From a virus, in the IMG/VR virus record IMGVR_UViG_3300000530_000014, positions 4,968 through 68,967 of that record: a DNA stretch of 64,000 nt; one strand, 5' to 3'. Positions 56,060 through 63,994 of this stretch are shown here, one piece after another. The notes beneath the pieces were generated by a model. That model ran no database searches. It was not told where the DNA came from and worked only from the letters and a program-made list of their open reading frames with translations. Made by a program: the position numbers and the translations under genes. Every line of letters starts with the position of its first letter. Within the stretch, counting starts at the first letter, position 1.

Positions 56060-56274
56060 TTAGTCCTATAAGTTATACGACCTCGGGATAGATCGTATGT
56101 GCTCATTTCTACTTCTACACGATCACCTAATAATATACGTATATTATTCTGTCTAAGTTTACCACCTAAGGTAGCAGTGATAAGGTGATTGTTTTCTAAT
56201 CTTACACGAAACATAGCAGAAGGTAAACATTCTTCAATTTTACCTTCCATTTTTATCATATCTTCTTTGGCCAA
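56056..56274 (-). CDS. infA: translation initiation factor IF-1
   Basis: MAKED.I..EG...E.LP..MFRV.LEN, IRIL.GDRV.VE...YDL.RGRI.YR. Confidence 0.95.
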   Translation of the reverse strand: MAKEDMIKMEGKIEECLPSAMFRVRLENNHLITATLGGKLRQNNIRILLGDRVEVEMSTYDLSRGRITYRTK

Positions 56275-56306
56275 GCTATTGCATCTCCCTGGGAATAATA
56301 TGATAT

Positions 56307-56702
56307 TTATCTGCGCATGCGACTGATAGCCACAGCTTCTTCATCGCTGAAAATCGGAACCATGTTACTTTTATGCATGGTACCAATACCTTTCATGGCA
56401 GTACCGGTATAGACCTTCTGCTCAGGTTTAGCACAGGTATCCCAAGTATCAGGACGGCTGCTGGGTATGTTATCTAGGCTGTTTCGACGACGGCCGGCTG
56501 AGTCTGGAGTGTAAGGTTTGGCCTTGAGAGCACGTTCACGCTTGCGTTGTTCCTGCTCTGCACCGTGTTTCGCCAGCAGTTCTTTCCATTCGTCGCGAGC
56601 ACGTTCAGCACGCTGTTTCTGCTCGCTGGTCCTATAACTGGATTTTTTACGACTTTTGCCAGTGGTGTTATACATTGGTGGTAATAAATGCATTCCGCTC
56701 AT
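56307..56702 (-). CDS. conserved phage hypothetical protein
   Basis: [19 protein letters not shown] motif. Confidence 0.7.
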   Translation of the reverse strand: MSGMHLLPPMYNTTGKSRKKSSYRTSEQKQRAERARDEWKELLAKHGAEQEQRKRERALKAKPYTPDSAGRRRNSLDNIPSSRPDTWDTCAKPEQKVYTGTAMKGIGTMHKSNMVPIFSDEEAVAISRMRR

Positions 56703-57028
56703 GATGTTTGCCTTTTAGATGACCAATATTTATTTTTTCTTATCTGCTTCATTTTTTCGGATAATTTAGCTTTAGATTCGATAGACATAGGTTTGCGTTT
56801 TTTTCCGATATGTAATTCTCGTAATTTAACTTTAGTCTCTTCTGTGTGAGATTTTCCACTAAATGACGGATCTCTACCTTTTAAACTTTTGTTTATTTTT
56901 TCTTGATGTTCGGTTGTTCGCGTATAGCCTCTGAGACTTTTACTAATAGATAAAAAGATATTATAACAGATTAGTGATTTACAGTCTAGATAATGCTTTC
57001 GACTTTGACAGTTTCTTCCCATGCCCAC
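56699..57028 (-). pseudogene. NUMOD3-repeat remnant of a homing endonuclease
   Basis: RTTEHQEKINKSLKG, HTEETKVKL, MSIESKAKLSE; no nuclease domain. Confidence 0.5.
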
Positions 57029-57348
57029 CCGGTGTCACGTGCTAGTACACCTGCACCTTCCTTGACAAAGATATGCGAAGGGAATCTGCTTTTAATGTTT
57101 TCAATCAATTGAACCTCATCTGCGCCCTGTGCTAGAAAAGCTCCACTGTGTTCGTCGTACCAAAAAGTCACGCCGTCATGCTGTTCTTCCTTGATGCTGT
57201 GCACAGACTCTGCTAGAAACTTTTGCACATGTTCTTGTAATACCTGCTGGATCTGTTGTTCGAGACGTTTAAGATAGAATTTTCTATAGGCCAAGTAAGC
57301 TAAAACACCAACTGAAAAAGCAGCAAACCAATCAAGTAACAGTTCCAT
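56986..57348 (-). CDS. membrane-anchored hypothetical protein
   Basis: N-terminal TM; FLAQG motif. Confidence 0.65.
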   Translation of the reverse strand: MELLLDWFAAFSVGVLAYLAYRKFYLKRLEQQIQQVLQEHVQKFLAESVHSIKEEQHDGVTFWYDEHSGAFLAQGADEVQLIENIKSRFPSHIFVKEGAGVLARDTGWAWEETVKVESII

Positions 57349-57379
57349 AGCATCTTCCTTATTTTTGATATCAACTTAT

Positions 57380-57408
57380 ATTATATATTTATGGTAATTA
57401 TTGGTCAA
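57380..57408 (-). promoter_or_regulatory. sigma70-type promoter with embedded TAAATA
   Basis: TTGACC-N17-TATAAT. Confidence 0.65.
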
Positions 57409-57409
57409 A

Positions 57410-57559
57410 TCAATGCAGATGAGTGATTAAAGTATATACTGCTACCATATTTACCCAACTGGCAATCATGTTTACCCATCCCGAGAATCTATAGCCGTGA
57501 TGGAAACTATATAGGGCGAAAAACAGATTAACAAACATAAAAATTAAACTAACCAGCAT
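57410..57559 (-). CDS. small membrane protein (49 aa)
   Basis: hand-translated MLVSLIFMFVNLFFALYSFHHGYRFSGWVNMIASWVNMVAVYTLITHLH; GGAG RBS; not in ORF track. Confidence 0.55.
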   Translation of the reverse strand: MLVSLIFMFVNLFFALYSFHHGYRFSGWVNMIASWVNMVAVYTLITHLH

Positions 57560-57560
57560 A

Positions 57561-57767
57561 TCAACTCCAGGTTAGTACGAACCAATCAAGTGTCTCTCGA
57601 TCAGGTATGTTGATGGTAAGACCTTCTATCGTACAACCATGTCGATCACACCAATCTAATAGATCTTTTGTGTGCTCAGTCCAATATCGGAAATCTGTCA
57701 TCATGACAACAATATGCTCATCGTAATAATCAGCGACTAGAAATCTATGATCTTTCAGCTGATCCAA
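57561..57767 (-). CDS. small protein, L(K/R/T)W(S/G) family
   Basis: ends DWFVLTWS. Confidence 0.65.
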   Translation of the reverse strand: MDQLKDHRFLVADYYDEHIVVMMTDFRYWTEHTKDLLDWCDRHGCTIEGLTINIPDRETLDWFVLTWS

Positions 57768-58014
57768 CTGCGCCCCATTTTAATAAAAAGAAACTGTAGT
57801 CCTCGTCGGACATGTCTCCTTGGATATCCACAGTCTGACTAAAACTCTCCAGCGAAGGGGAGATATAAAATCTTAGATTATAAGCATGTTGGTGACACCA
57901 CTGCCCTATTTCACTTTTCTCCCACTGATAGATAGGCTCGGCGGCATAAATTTCGGGATCTTCGACATCTCCCATAGCAAATTGGTGTAAGAGTCTCGGT
58001 TTCAACTGTTCCAT
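57745..58014 (-). CDS. small protein, L(K/R/T)W(S/G) family
   Basis: GDVEDPEIYAAEP; FFLLKWG. Confidence 0.65.
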   Translation of the reverse strand: MEQLKPRLLHQFAMGDVEDPEIYAAEPIYQWEKSEIGQWCHQHAYNLRFYISPSLESFSQTVDIQGDMSDEDYSFFLLKWGAVGSAERS

Positions 58015-58022
58015 ATCCTGTT

Positions 58023-58688
58023 CTAAGAAATAAGTTTATCTAGCCAACGTTGATTGGCATCCTCTACGTCTAATACGGTAACTACATCTGCTGTGCGGAA
58101 CACAGGATCCCAACTGGGATCGCTGACGATCCTTGCACCTAGACGCTCATATACCTGTATAAGTTTAGGCACAGGATTCGCTCCCATTATTAGATCATCG
58201 GGCACAGGAATAAGGGGCATAGCATGTGCTCCAGAAAGATATTGGTATCGTTCCCTCCAACGATCTCTGGCTTGAATGATGTTGGTTTCTGCAGGTTTGA
58301 TGCTAGCAGTGCCAATAACATATCTGCGATTGATCTCTGCAGCCAGTTCCAGTATACCACCCCAGAGAGTAGGGATAGTACCAGCATGCCTGTGACCGGG
58401 ATCTACTGCTGCACGTCCGATCTCTAGTATCTGATCTCTGGGTAACGCCAGTCCGGTGATGTCAAACTCTGACTCGGTGTAAAATCCCCGAGGATTATCT
58501 GTTATAGTGCGATAGTAACCCACTATTTCACCGCCCGACACAGCGGTCACGTGATATGCATATTGATCCCAAGGATCGCGATCCTGTTCGGCAGTGATGC
58601 CAAACGCTGCTCCCATGATCCCGGCACGGAATGCTAGGGCTGCTGTTATATCATCTGTGGGTTTTAAAATATGTAATTGTATGCTCAT
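58023..58688 (-). CDS. OlsB-like GNAT acyltransferase (ornithine-lipid/N-acyl amino acid synthase family)
   Basis: D.D.WD..AYH, IVGYYR, FYTESEFD, LEIGRAAV.P, LWGGI, GTASI, P.LI..Y.RLGA, DP.F.TAD. Confidence 0.8.
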   Translation of the reverse strand: MSIQLHILKPTDDITAALAFRAGIMGAAFGITAEQDRDPWDQYAYHVTAVSGGEIVGYYRTITDNPRGFYTESEFDITGLALPRDQILEIGRAAVDPGHRHAGTIPTLWGGILELAAEINRRYVIGTASIKPAETNIIQARDRWRERYQYLSGAHAMPLIPVPDDLIMGANPVPKLIQVYERLGARIVSDPSWDPVFRTADVVTVLDVEDANQRWLDKLIS

Positions 58689-58692
58689 AATT

Positions 58693-58929
58693 CTAAGACC
58701 ATTTTAACAACCATATAGTAAGATCATCTTTTGACTCAAACATTAATTCCCCAGACAATTCACCGATATCTCGATAGACTGCATGATATTCCTTTAACTG
58801 TTGATTTATAGCATCTACTGTCACATCTTTCCGTTCGTCTCGTTCAAGAGATTTTAACCGTGCTTCGAAGAAATTGCGCCAGGCTGTGGGACACTCTGCA
58901 TATGAACCTAATTTTAGTCGTGCTGTCAT
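58693..58929 (-). CDS. small protein, L(K/R/T)W(S/G) family
   Basis: ends FESKDDLTIWLLKWS. Confidence 0.65.
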   Translation of the reverse strand: MTARLKLGSYAECPTAWRNFFEARLKSLERDERKDVTVDAINQQLKEYHAVYRDIGELSGELMFESKDDLTIWLLKWS

Positions 58930-58930
58930 A

Positions 58931-59185
58931 CTAACCCCACTTTAGTATCATCTGTGTTAACGACTCTTTGCTAGCATTAACAATAGTATAATCTAATTCA
59001 AATTTTGAACCCGTGTAAGCATAGGTCCAACAACGAAGGAAAAGATCTAATTTGATATTATTCAGCTCTGCCCAAGCTGATATGTCGCGTTCCAAATGTC
59101 GAGTATCGTTGGGCATTTCTCTAGAATCGAATGATACTTTTAACATATTTTTTTTATAACAAGTATAAAGACATACAGTCGGCAC
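58931..59185 (-). CDS. small protein, L(K/R/T)W(S/G) family
   Basis: ends LTQMILKWG. Confidence 0.6.
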   Translation of the reverse strand: MPTVCLYTCYKKNMLKVSFDSREMPNDTRHLERDISAWAELNNIKLDLFLRCWTYAYTGSKFELDYTIVNASKESLTQMILKWG

Positions 59186-59186
59186 A

Positions 59187-59399
59187 CTAACTCCAACGCA
59201 GTAAAAATGCTGTAGCTGATTGCTCGTCGCGGAATGTCATCGAATTACCGTATCGTATATCTTCTGTATCAATATTGAATTCGCTGTCTAACCAAACTAT
59301 TATATCTGCGAATTCTTTGCTCCAGACATTATCAAAGAAATGTGTTACTAATTTTTCCCAGTAAGGCTCTTTTGGCACAGTTATCATGGCTATCCTCAA
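59187..59399 (-). CDS. small protein, L(K/R/T)W(S/G) family
   Basis: ends FRDEQSATAFLLRWS. Confidence 0.65.
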   Translation of the reverse strand: MRIAMITVPKEPYWEKLVTHFFDNVWSKEFADIIVWLDSEFNIDTEDIRYGNSMTFRDEQSATAFLLRWS

Positions 59400-59432
59400 T
59401 TATACAATACTAATATTATACAATTAACTGAA

Positions 59433-59906
59433 TTATTGGTCTTGTTCTTTGAGTATACCAAATATCCGTTTCTGTTCACGATAGTGCTCTAGTTTCCGTT
59501 GATATTCATCTGCCAGTTGCTGTAATTCTTCGAATTCTTTCTCTAGCTCAGGGTCTCTTTTCGGTTGAATGGGTATGCGCAAGGAGTCGCGTATCTCTTT
59601 TAAGACATCTCGGAGGCTTTCGCCGCCGAGCCAGATATCTCCAGATGCTTTGAGATCTTTGAGAGTTATCCCTTCATGAGATATTTCAACAGCAGGATTG
59701 ATACTTGGGTCCGATATAGTAGCACGGGCACCGGTAGAGCCATCCCAGGTCATGGTATAGGCCCCTGATCCAATGCCAGTGACACTGGATGTTGGGATAG
59801 TTATATTCCTATATGTGACTCCAGCAGCTGTGAGATCAGTTACAGAGTATTTGTCTGACCATTCATCGTAAGCGTTCAATATAGTCTGTGTATTATCAGT
59901 GCTCAT
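59433..59906 (-). CDS. hypothetical protein
   Basis: 157 aa; S/T-rich N-terminus, coiled C-terminus. Confidence 0.6.
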   Translation of the reverse strand: MSTDNTQTILNAYDEWSDKYSVTDLTAAGVTYRNITIPTSSVTGIGSGAYTMTWDGSTGARATISDPSINPAVEISHEGITLKDLKASGDIWLGGESLRDVLKEIRDSLRIPIQPKRDPELEKEFEELQQLADEYQRKLEHYREQKRIFGILKEQDQ

Positions 59907-60063
59907 TTTTGACCTTTAGTATTCGAATATTACCTTTGGCAAAGTCCAGTGCTTCGGCAAATGTATAAAACCACTTGCTGACAGGCTCGCCTGTTATATT
60001 ATCTCGCCAGCGATAGGCATGCGCATATCCATCCTTGGATGGTTTAATTTTTTCTAAATGCAT
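59896..60063 (-). CDS. small hypothetical protein (55 aa)
   Basis: hand-translated MHLEKIKPSKDGY...FAEALDFAKGNIRILKVKNEH; fills gap; not in ORF track. Confidence 0.55.
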   Translation of the reverse strand: MHLEKIKPSKDGYAHAYRWRDNITGEPVSKWFYTFAEALDFAKGNIRILKVKNEH

Positions 60064-60064
60064 A

Positions 60065-60652
60065 TCAGTCCCATAAACTCTGATAATACCGGCCGAAAAA
60101 CATAAGTCCGCGGCTCAGACGACGTTGGCCTTTTGTGTATGCTTTTTTATCCCAATCCTTCTTACCATCTGCCTGGACGGTATAGTATTGATCCGTCCAA
60201 TCATCTTTGACTAACTGCTCGAAGGTCCAGATCATTTCTCCCAGGATCCAGTCCCAGCGTTGGTGTAGATTACGGTCTGCGTCCTCGTCTACGCCCGATC
60301 TAGGACTGGTACTGGTAGACCTAAGATATCGCGGAACATCAGAATCTGGTACCTGTGGCGATCCATGTTTTTCATCACGCAACTGTCGCAACATGGGCAA
60401 GATGATATGGGCCAAGGTATGATCCATACTCCAGGTATCCCAGGGATCTATCTTGACCTTTACTGTACGCTGTCTTCGATCATGCACCCATTGGCAAAAT
60501 CTTAACAGTACACTAGGCCTGTCGTCGGGTCCAGCCAGCCAATCGCCAAATCGATCTACTAGCTCGTGGTCCCGATCTAACCAAAACAACAGTTTTTCTG
60601 CTATCTGATAAGGCCCAATCCAGTTGACATAAGGTCCAATCTTTACCTTCAT
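60065..60652 (-). CDS. conserved phage hypothetical protein
   Basis: W.GPYQIAE, DTWSMDHTLA.II.PML.QL, RWDWILGEMIW.F, FG.YYQSLWD. Confidence 0.7.
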   Translation of the reverse strand: MKVKIGPYVNWIGPYQIAEKLLFWLDRDHELVDRFGDWLAGPDDRPSVLLRFCQWVHDRRQRTVKVKIDPWDTWSMDHTLAHIILPMLRQLRDEKHGSPQVPDSDVPRYLRSTSTSPRSGVDEDADRNLHQRWDWILGEMIWTFEQLVKDDWTDQYYTVQADGKKDWDKKAYTKGQRRLSRGLMFFGRYYQSLWD

Positions 60653-60653
60653 G

Positions 60654-60878
60654 TTAGATGATTTCGCTGTTTTCGATTAATTTGAATTTAGCTATTTCCA
60701 GTGCACCTACTATTTTACTGACACTGTCGATAGCACTGTGTATGATACGATAGCTACCACCTTTGAATACTATGGCCACTACTTCATCGGGATCTTCTTC
60801 GATGATATCATCTATCAGTTCACCCACGCCATTTTCTCTACGCTTGACTTCTTCAAGGTTAATGATCTTGTCGTCCAT
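60654..60878 (-). CDS. hypothetical protein
   Basis: 74 aa in operon. Confidence 0.6.
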   Translation of the reverse strand: MDDKIINLEEVKRRENGVGELIDDIIEEDPDEVVAIVFKGGSYRIIHSAIDSVSKIVGALEIAKFKLIENSEII

Positions 60879-60921
60879 TGAAATTTTCTCGGTTAAAAAC
60901 TAGATTTTAGTGTATTTCGCT

Positions 60922-61305
60922 CTAGATGTCAAGGAATTTTCTAGACAGTAGCAACCAACCGATGCTGTTGATATCATGTTCGATCTCTTCAGTGACATAG
61001 CTTTCCTCTACGAAACCTGCTATATCCTCGATCATGATGCCCGAACCTGAACAGAACCACGTGGTGTATTCTTCTTTTTGTCTTATTTCTGCTATGATAT
61101 TGGCAGAAGCAAGCCAAGTACATTCCCACTTGATATTGGACAGTATGCCCCATGCGTCTTCGGGTTGATAGGTATTGTTACAGAGAGCTGCGTATAGATT
61201 CTGCGCATAGATCACATCTCGGCGCACTCTATCAACTATAGAGTCGGAAATCTTTATATCTCTTTCGAGATTAAAAACTCGGCGTGGCATACAATTATTT
61301 AACAA
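60922..61305 (-). CDS. hypothetical protein, paralogue of 62461..62853
   Basis: YAQNLYAA.CN, (W/Y).CSG, G.V.E..VT.E shared. Confidence 0.65.
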   Translation of the reverse strand: MLNNCMPRRVFNLERDIKISDSIVDRVRRDVIYAQNLYAALCNNTYQPEDAWGILSNIKWECTWLASANIIAEIRQKEEYTTWFCSGSGIMIEDIAGFVEESYVTEEIEHDINSIGWLLLSRKFLDI

Positions 61306-61327
61306 AATCGTAAGAAATCGCAGCCGT

Positions 61328-61352
61328 AAAAAAGCCCGCAGACATCGCGGGC
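61328..61352 (-). terminator. intrinsic terminator after HTH gene
   Basis: GCCCGC-N7-GCGGGC-TTTTTT. Confidence 0.8.
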
Positions 61353-61371
61353 TGGTCTTGCAGTGGTCAGA

Positions 61372-61665
61372 TTACTTATCTAAACCCATTGACATAGCAC
61401 GATAGGCCAAGGCAACCATCTTGCGACTGGCCTCCCCGTATTTGTACTCAGTTACCGTAACACCGTTACCAGCTTTACGTGTGTTGGCATAGATAGCATA
61501 ACCACGTTGACGGATGTTACTGATGGTTGCGCTGGGGTTTTTGATACCAAAACGATGAGCGATAGTGCTTTCGCTGAGTACTTCGCGATCTAACACCAAA
61601 GCTTTGAACAACTTACCCTGTTTGGTTTCAAGGTCGAAACGTTTTAAATTAAGTTTTACAGACAT
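61372..61665 (-). CDS. winged helix-turn-helix DNA-binding protein
   Basis: LS..TIAHRFGIKNPSATISNIR..GY.IY; own promoter and terminator. Confidence 0.7.
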   Translation of the reverse strand: MSVKLNLKRFDLETKQGKLFKALVLDREVLSESTIAHRFGIKNPSATISNIRQRGYAIYANTRKAGNGVTVTEYKYGEASRKMVALAYRAMSMGLDK

Positions 61666-61716
61666 CTAAGTTCTCCTAAAATGATTACTGCTAGTTGATA
61701 CTAACAGCATAGGTAC

Positions 61717-61745
61717 ATTATGTGCTAGTATTATTTTTAAGTCAA
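61717..61745 (-). promoter_or_regulatory. sigma70-type early promoter
   Basis: TTGACT-N17-CATAAT, AGGAG RBS. Confidence 0.7.
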
Positions 61746-61769
61746 CAGTTAATTTTGCCAAAATCGTCA

Positions 61770-61775
61770 TAAATA
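61770..61775 (+). promoter_or_regulatory. late promoter motif for plus-strand pair
   Basis: TAAATA then AAAGGA RBS before 61808. Confidence 0.6.
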
Positions 61776-61807
61776 CAGTTACTAATCTTTTTTAAAGGAA
61801 ATAAACT

Positions 61808-62083
61808 ATGTCATACCCACAATATGGACAGGCCGATTATGTTAACGTTGCAGTTTCCCCAGAAACTGGACTGGCAAATTACCAACCAATATATCCAACA
61901 GCTCCAGTGACAGTAGTCGGTGGACACTCACCTATGTATGCTTATATATCGCCAGAAATAGGACGAGCATATTATAGTCCCATGTATAGTTATGAGCCAG
62001 TGACTGGAGTTGCTTATCACCAACCAATATATCCAACAGCCCCAGTGACAGTAGTTGGTGGTTATAATACACCACAGAGCTAG
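61808..62083 (+). CDS. Pro/Tyr/Val/Gly-rich repeat protein
   Basis: QPIYPTAPVTVVGG twice, SPMY twice, SPE(T/I)G twice. Confidence 0.7.
   Translation: MSYPQYGQADYVNVAVSPETGLANYQPIYPTAPVTVVGGHSPMYAYISPEIGRAYYSPMYSYEPVTGVAYHQPIYPTAPVTVVGGYNTPQS
61881..62061 (+). repeat. 43-nt direct repeat (61881..61923 and 62019..62061)
   Basis: two mismatches, both synonymous (gct/gcc, gtc/gtt). Confidence 0.9.
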
Positions 62084-62087
62084 ATAA

Positions 62088-62459
62088 ATGGCTAACGAAT
62101 CCGGGTACAACGAATCTTTTGAAAATTCGGAAATAGCTGACATTATATTTCCGAGTAATTGGCCTGAGGTTGGGTCAGCTAATTACCAACAACCTACCAC
62201 TCCGCCAGTGGTAGGTGTAGCCGTAAAAACTCCTATATCTGTACCTACGCCTGAAACTGCTAGATCTAATCTCTCGCAACCGGTGTACATGATGTCAGAA
62301 ACCGCAACGGCTGTGTATAACGGTAATCCCTATAACATCAATCCTGAGATCGGCGAGACAGTGCACGAACCATTCCCAACACCATTGGGTGTACAACCAC
62401 ACTTTAAAGATCCTACCGAAAACTGGTACTGGGTCTACGGTAATGGCGGCGGCTATTAG
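62088..62459 (+). CDS. Pro-rich protein related to 61808..62083
   Basis: WPEVGSANYQQP, TPETA, NPEIG motifs; ends WYWVYGNGGGY. Confidence 0.65.
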   Translation: MANESGYNESFENSEIADIIFPSNWPEVGSANYQQPTTPPVVGVAVKTPISVPTPETARSNLSQPVYMMSETATAVYNGNPYNINPEIGETVHEPFPTPLGVQPHFKDPTENWYWVYGNGGGY

Positions 62460-62460
62460 A

Positions 62461-62853
62461 TCAATCGTCGTCGGTGTAAGGCACGGGATACCAACCTAAT
62501 CTGGCTAGGTCTGCACGCACTTCATCGGTGACCGTACCTTCTGGTACGAATCCTGTTTCTTCGCGCCACTCTGTCGGATCACGGTCATAATCTGCTAGGC
62601 CACCCATACCCGAACAGTAGTAATCTAGATAATCCTCATTCTGATCTCTTAGTCTAGCTACGATACCGCCAGCGGCACGCCAGCTGGCGGTCCAGTATTG
62701 ATCTTTGAGTATAGTCACAACATCTGCGGGTTGCCACTGCATGTTGCAAAAAGCAGCATATAGATTCTGTGCGTATCTGCGACTTGACTGTATCTTCTGC
62801 ATGATCTCACTGTCGTTGGTAACAGCCCCTACGAGAGATAGCGAGTCCTCCAT
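62461..62853 (-). CDS. hypothetical protein, paralogue of 60922..61305
   Basis: YAQNLYAAFCN; start adjusted to MEDSLS. Confidence 0.65.
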   Translation of the reverse strand: MEDSLSLVGAVTNDSEIMQKIQSSRRYAQNLYAAFCNMQWQPADVVTILKDQYWTASWRAAGGIVARLRDQNEDYLDYYCSGMGGLADYDRDPTEWREETGFVPEGTVTDEVRADLARLGWYPVPYTDDD

Positions 62854-63467
62854 TATCCTATGCCTCTGCCTAGTATAGTACCATACACCGGTTGTTCTTC
62901 TGTCTCTAAGACAGTAAATCCTAGGTTTAATAGATAAGGTATTGCAGCACCGGATTTTCCTGAATAGTGCCCCCACCAACGATTGTACCAGGTATCATCA
63001 CAGACTACTAAGCACTGTTTGCCCAATGCCAGGGTGGCTGCTACAATCTGAGCTAGATGTGCACGCTGGCTGTTAAGATTAGTCATATCCTGCCCCAGCA
63101 TACGATAGCGTTGCTTCTGTTCAAGCACAAAATCTTCGGGCTTTTCTGGATGCCAATCCCAATCAAAATTGTCTAGATATAAAAAACTAATACTATTGTT
63201 GTGTGCAGGAAATTTTTTTAAAAATTCTTCGCCGGACTGATTAACGATCTCAACATTGTCTAGATTCATCCGGCAAACAAAATCACAATTATCGGGGTCT
63301 ATATCTACGGTCCACAGGCGACGATCAAATCGTTTGGCCCACCCAGCGATGGTAGGAGTGCTACCGTCGTCACCATTACGGCTAGTTCCTATTTCAACAA
63401 ACTGTCCGATACATTCTGGATCAAGTTGATCTAGATATTGTTCGGCGCGACGATAGATCTGTCCCAT
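62853..63467 (-). CDS. SAM-dependent methyltransferase-like protein
   Basis: FVEIGTSR, TVDIDP, FLYLDNFD, VCDDT, GK motifs. Confidence 0.75.
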   Translation of the reverse strand: MGQIYRRAEQYLDQLDPECIGQFVEIGTSRNGDDGSTPTIAGWAKRFDRRLWTVDIDPDNCDFVCRMNLDNVEIVNQSGEEFLKKFPAHNNSISFLYLDNFDWDWHPEKPEDFVLEQKQRYRMLGQDMTNLNSQRAHLAQIVAATLALGKQCLVVCDDTWYNRWWGHYSGKSGAAIPYLLNLGFTVLETEEQPVYGTILGRGIG

Positions 63468-63469
63468 GA

Positions 63470-63634
63470 TTAACTGGATCGACGATTTCTGTTGTTTTTG
63501 TTGTAAACTTCCTGTTCAGCTAATCGAGTATAAAGCTGGGCAATAAATTTTCTCTGAGTGGGGTCTGTTGCCATTAAAGACATCATAGTCTTAATAGGTT
63601 TTTTTAATAAAATAGATCTTGAATCATATGCCAT
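63470..63634 (-). CDS. small hypothetical protein (54 aa)
   Basis: hand-translated MAYDSRSILLKKPIK...NRNRRSS; AGGAG RBS; not in ORF track. Confidence 0.6.
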   Translation of the reverse strand: MAYDSRSILLKKPIKTMMSLMATDPTQRKFIAQLYTRLAEQEVYNKNNRNRRSS

Positions 63635-63636
63635 AG

Positions 63637-63867
63637 TTATTCTCCTTTGTTGTCTTTAATAATTGCACCATTGCCCATCATACCATACTGTTTAGCCTGC
63701 TCAATAGCATATAGCCTTTGCTTTTCTTGGTACTCGGATTCAGTTAATCCGTGCCAACCTATACACCGGCCAGTAGGACTGCGTCCACAGCCACAATCAC
63801 CAATCGATTCCGTTACTCTTACTTGCATTGTCTTCCCCTTTACATGTACAATTTCTTCCTTGATCAC
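63637..63867 (-). CDS. CDGSH-like iron-sulfur-binding small protein
   Basis: CGCGRSPTGRCIGWH resembles C-x-C-x2-S-x3-P-x-C-D-G-S-H. Confidence 0.6.
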   Translation of the reverse strand: MIKEEIVHVKGKTMQVRVTESIGDCGCGRSPTGRCIGWHGLTESEYQEKQRLYAIEQAKQYGMMGNGAIIKDNKGE

Positions 63868-63994
63868 AGTTACCAGTACAGCGATTCGTTATATTATCGT
63901 CCCATATGTATCGAAACATGGGTGTGACGTAACTGCGAAAAACCATACCAAATGCCCAACCCACGATAAAAAATACTATCGATTGATCTGTCAT
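63797..63994 (-). CDS. small membrane protein with Cys motif
   Basis: N-terminal TM; CTGNCDQGRNCTC. Confidence 0.55.
   Translation of the reverse strand: MTDQSIVFFIVGWAFGMVFRSYVTPMFRYIWDDNITNRCTGNCDQGRNCTCKGEDNASKSNGIDW

Noticed and set aside
61881-62061. 43-nt direct repeat as a possible mini-CRISPR
   Set aside because: Only two copies, in-frame within an ORF, differing at synonymous sites, ~95-nt spacer, no palindrome and no cas genes
983-62275. Many opposite-strand or nested ORFs in the track (e.g. 9903..10283+, 21782..22267+, 24103..24582+, 30844..31254+, 53108..53503+, 61928..62143-)
   Set aside because: They lie antisense to or inside well-supported genes, lack RBS and motifs, and have shadow-like composition
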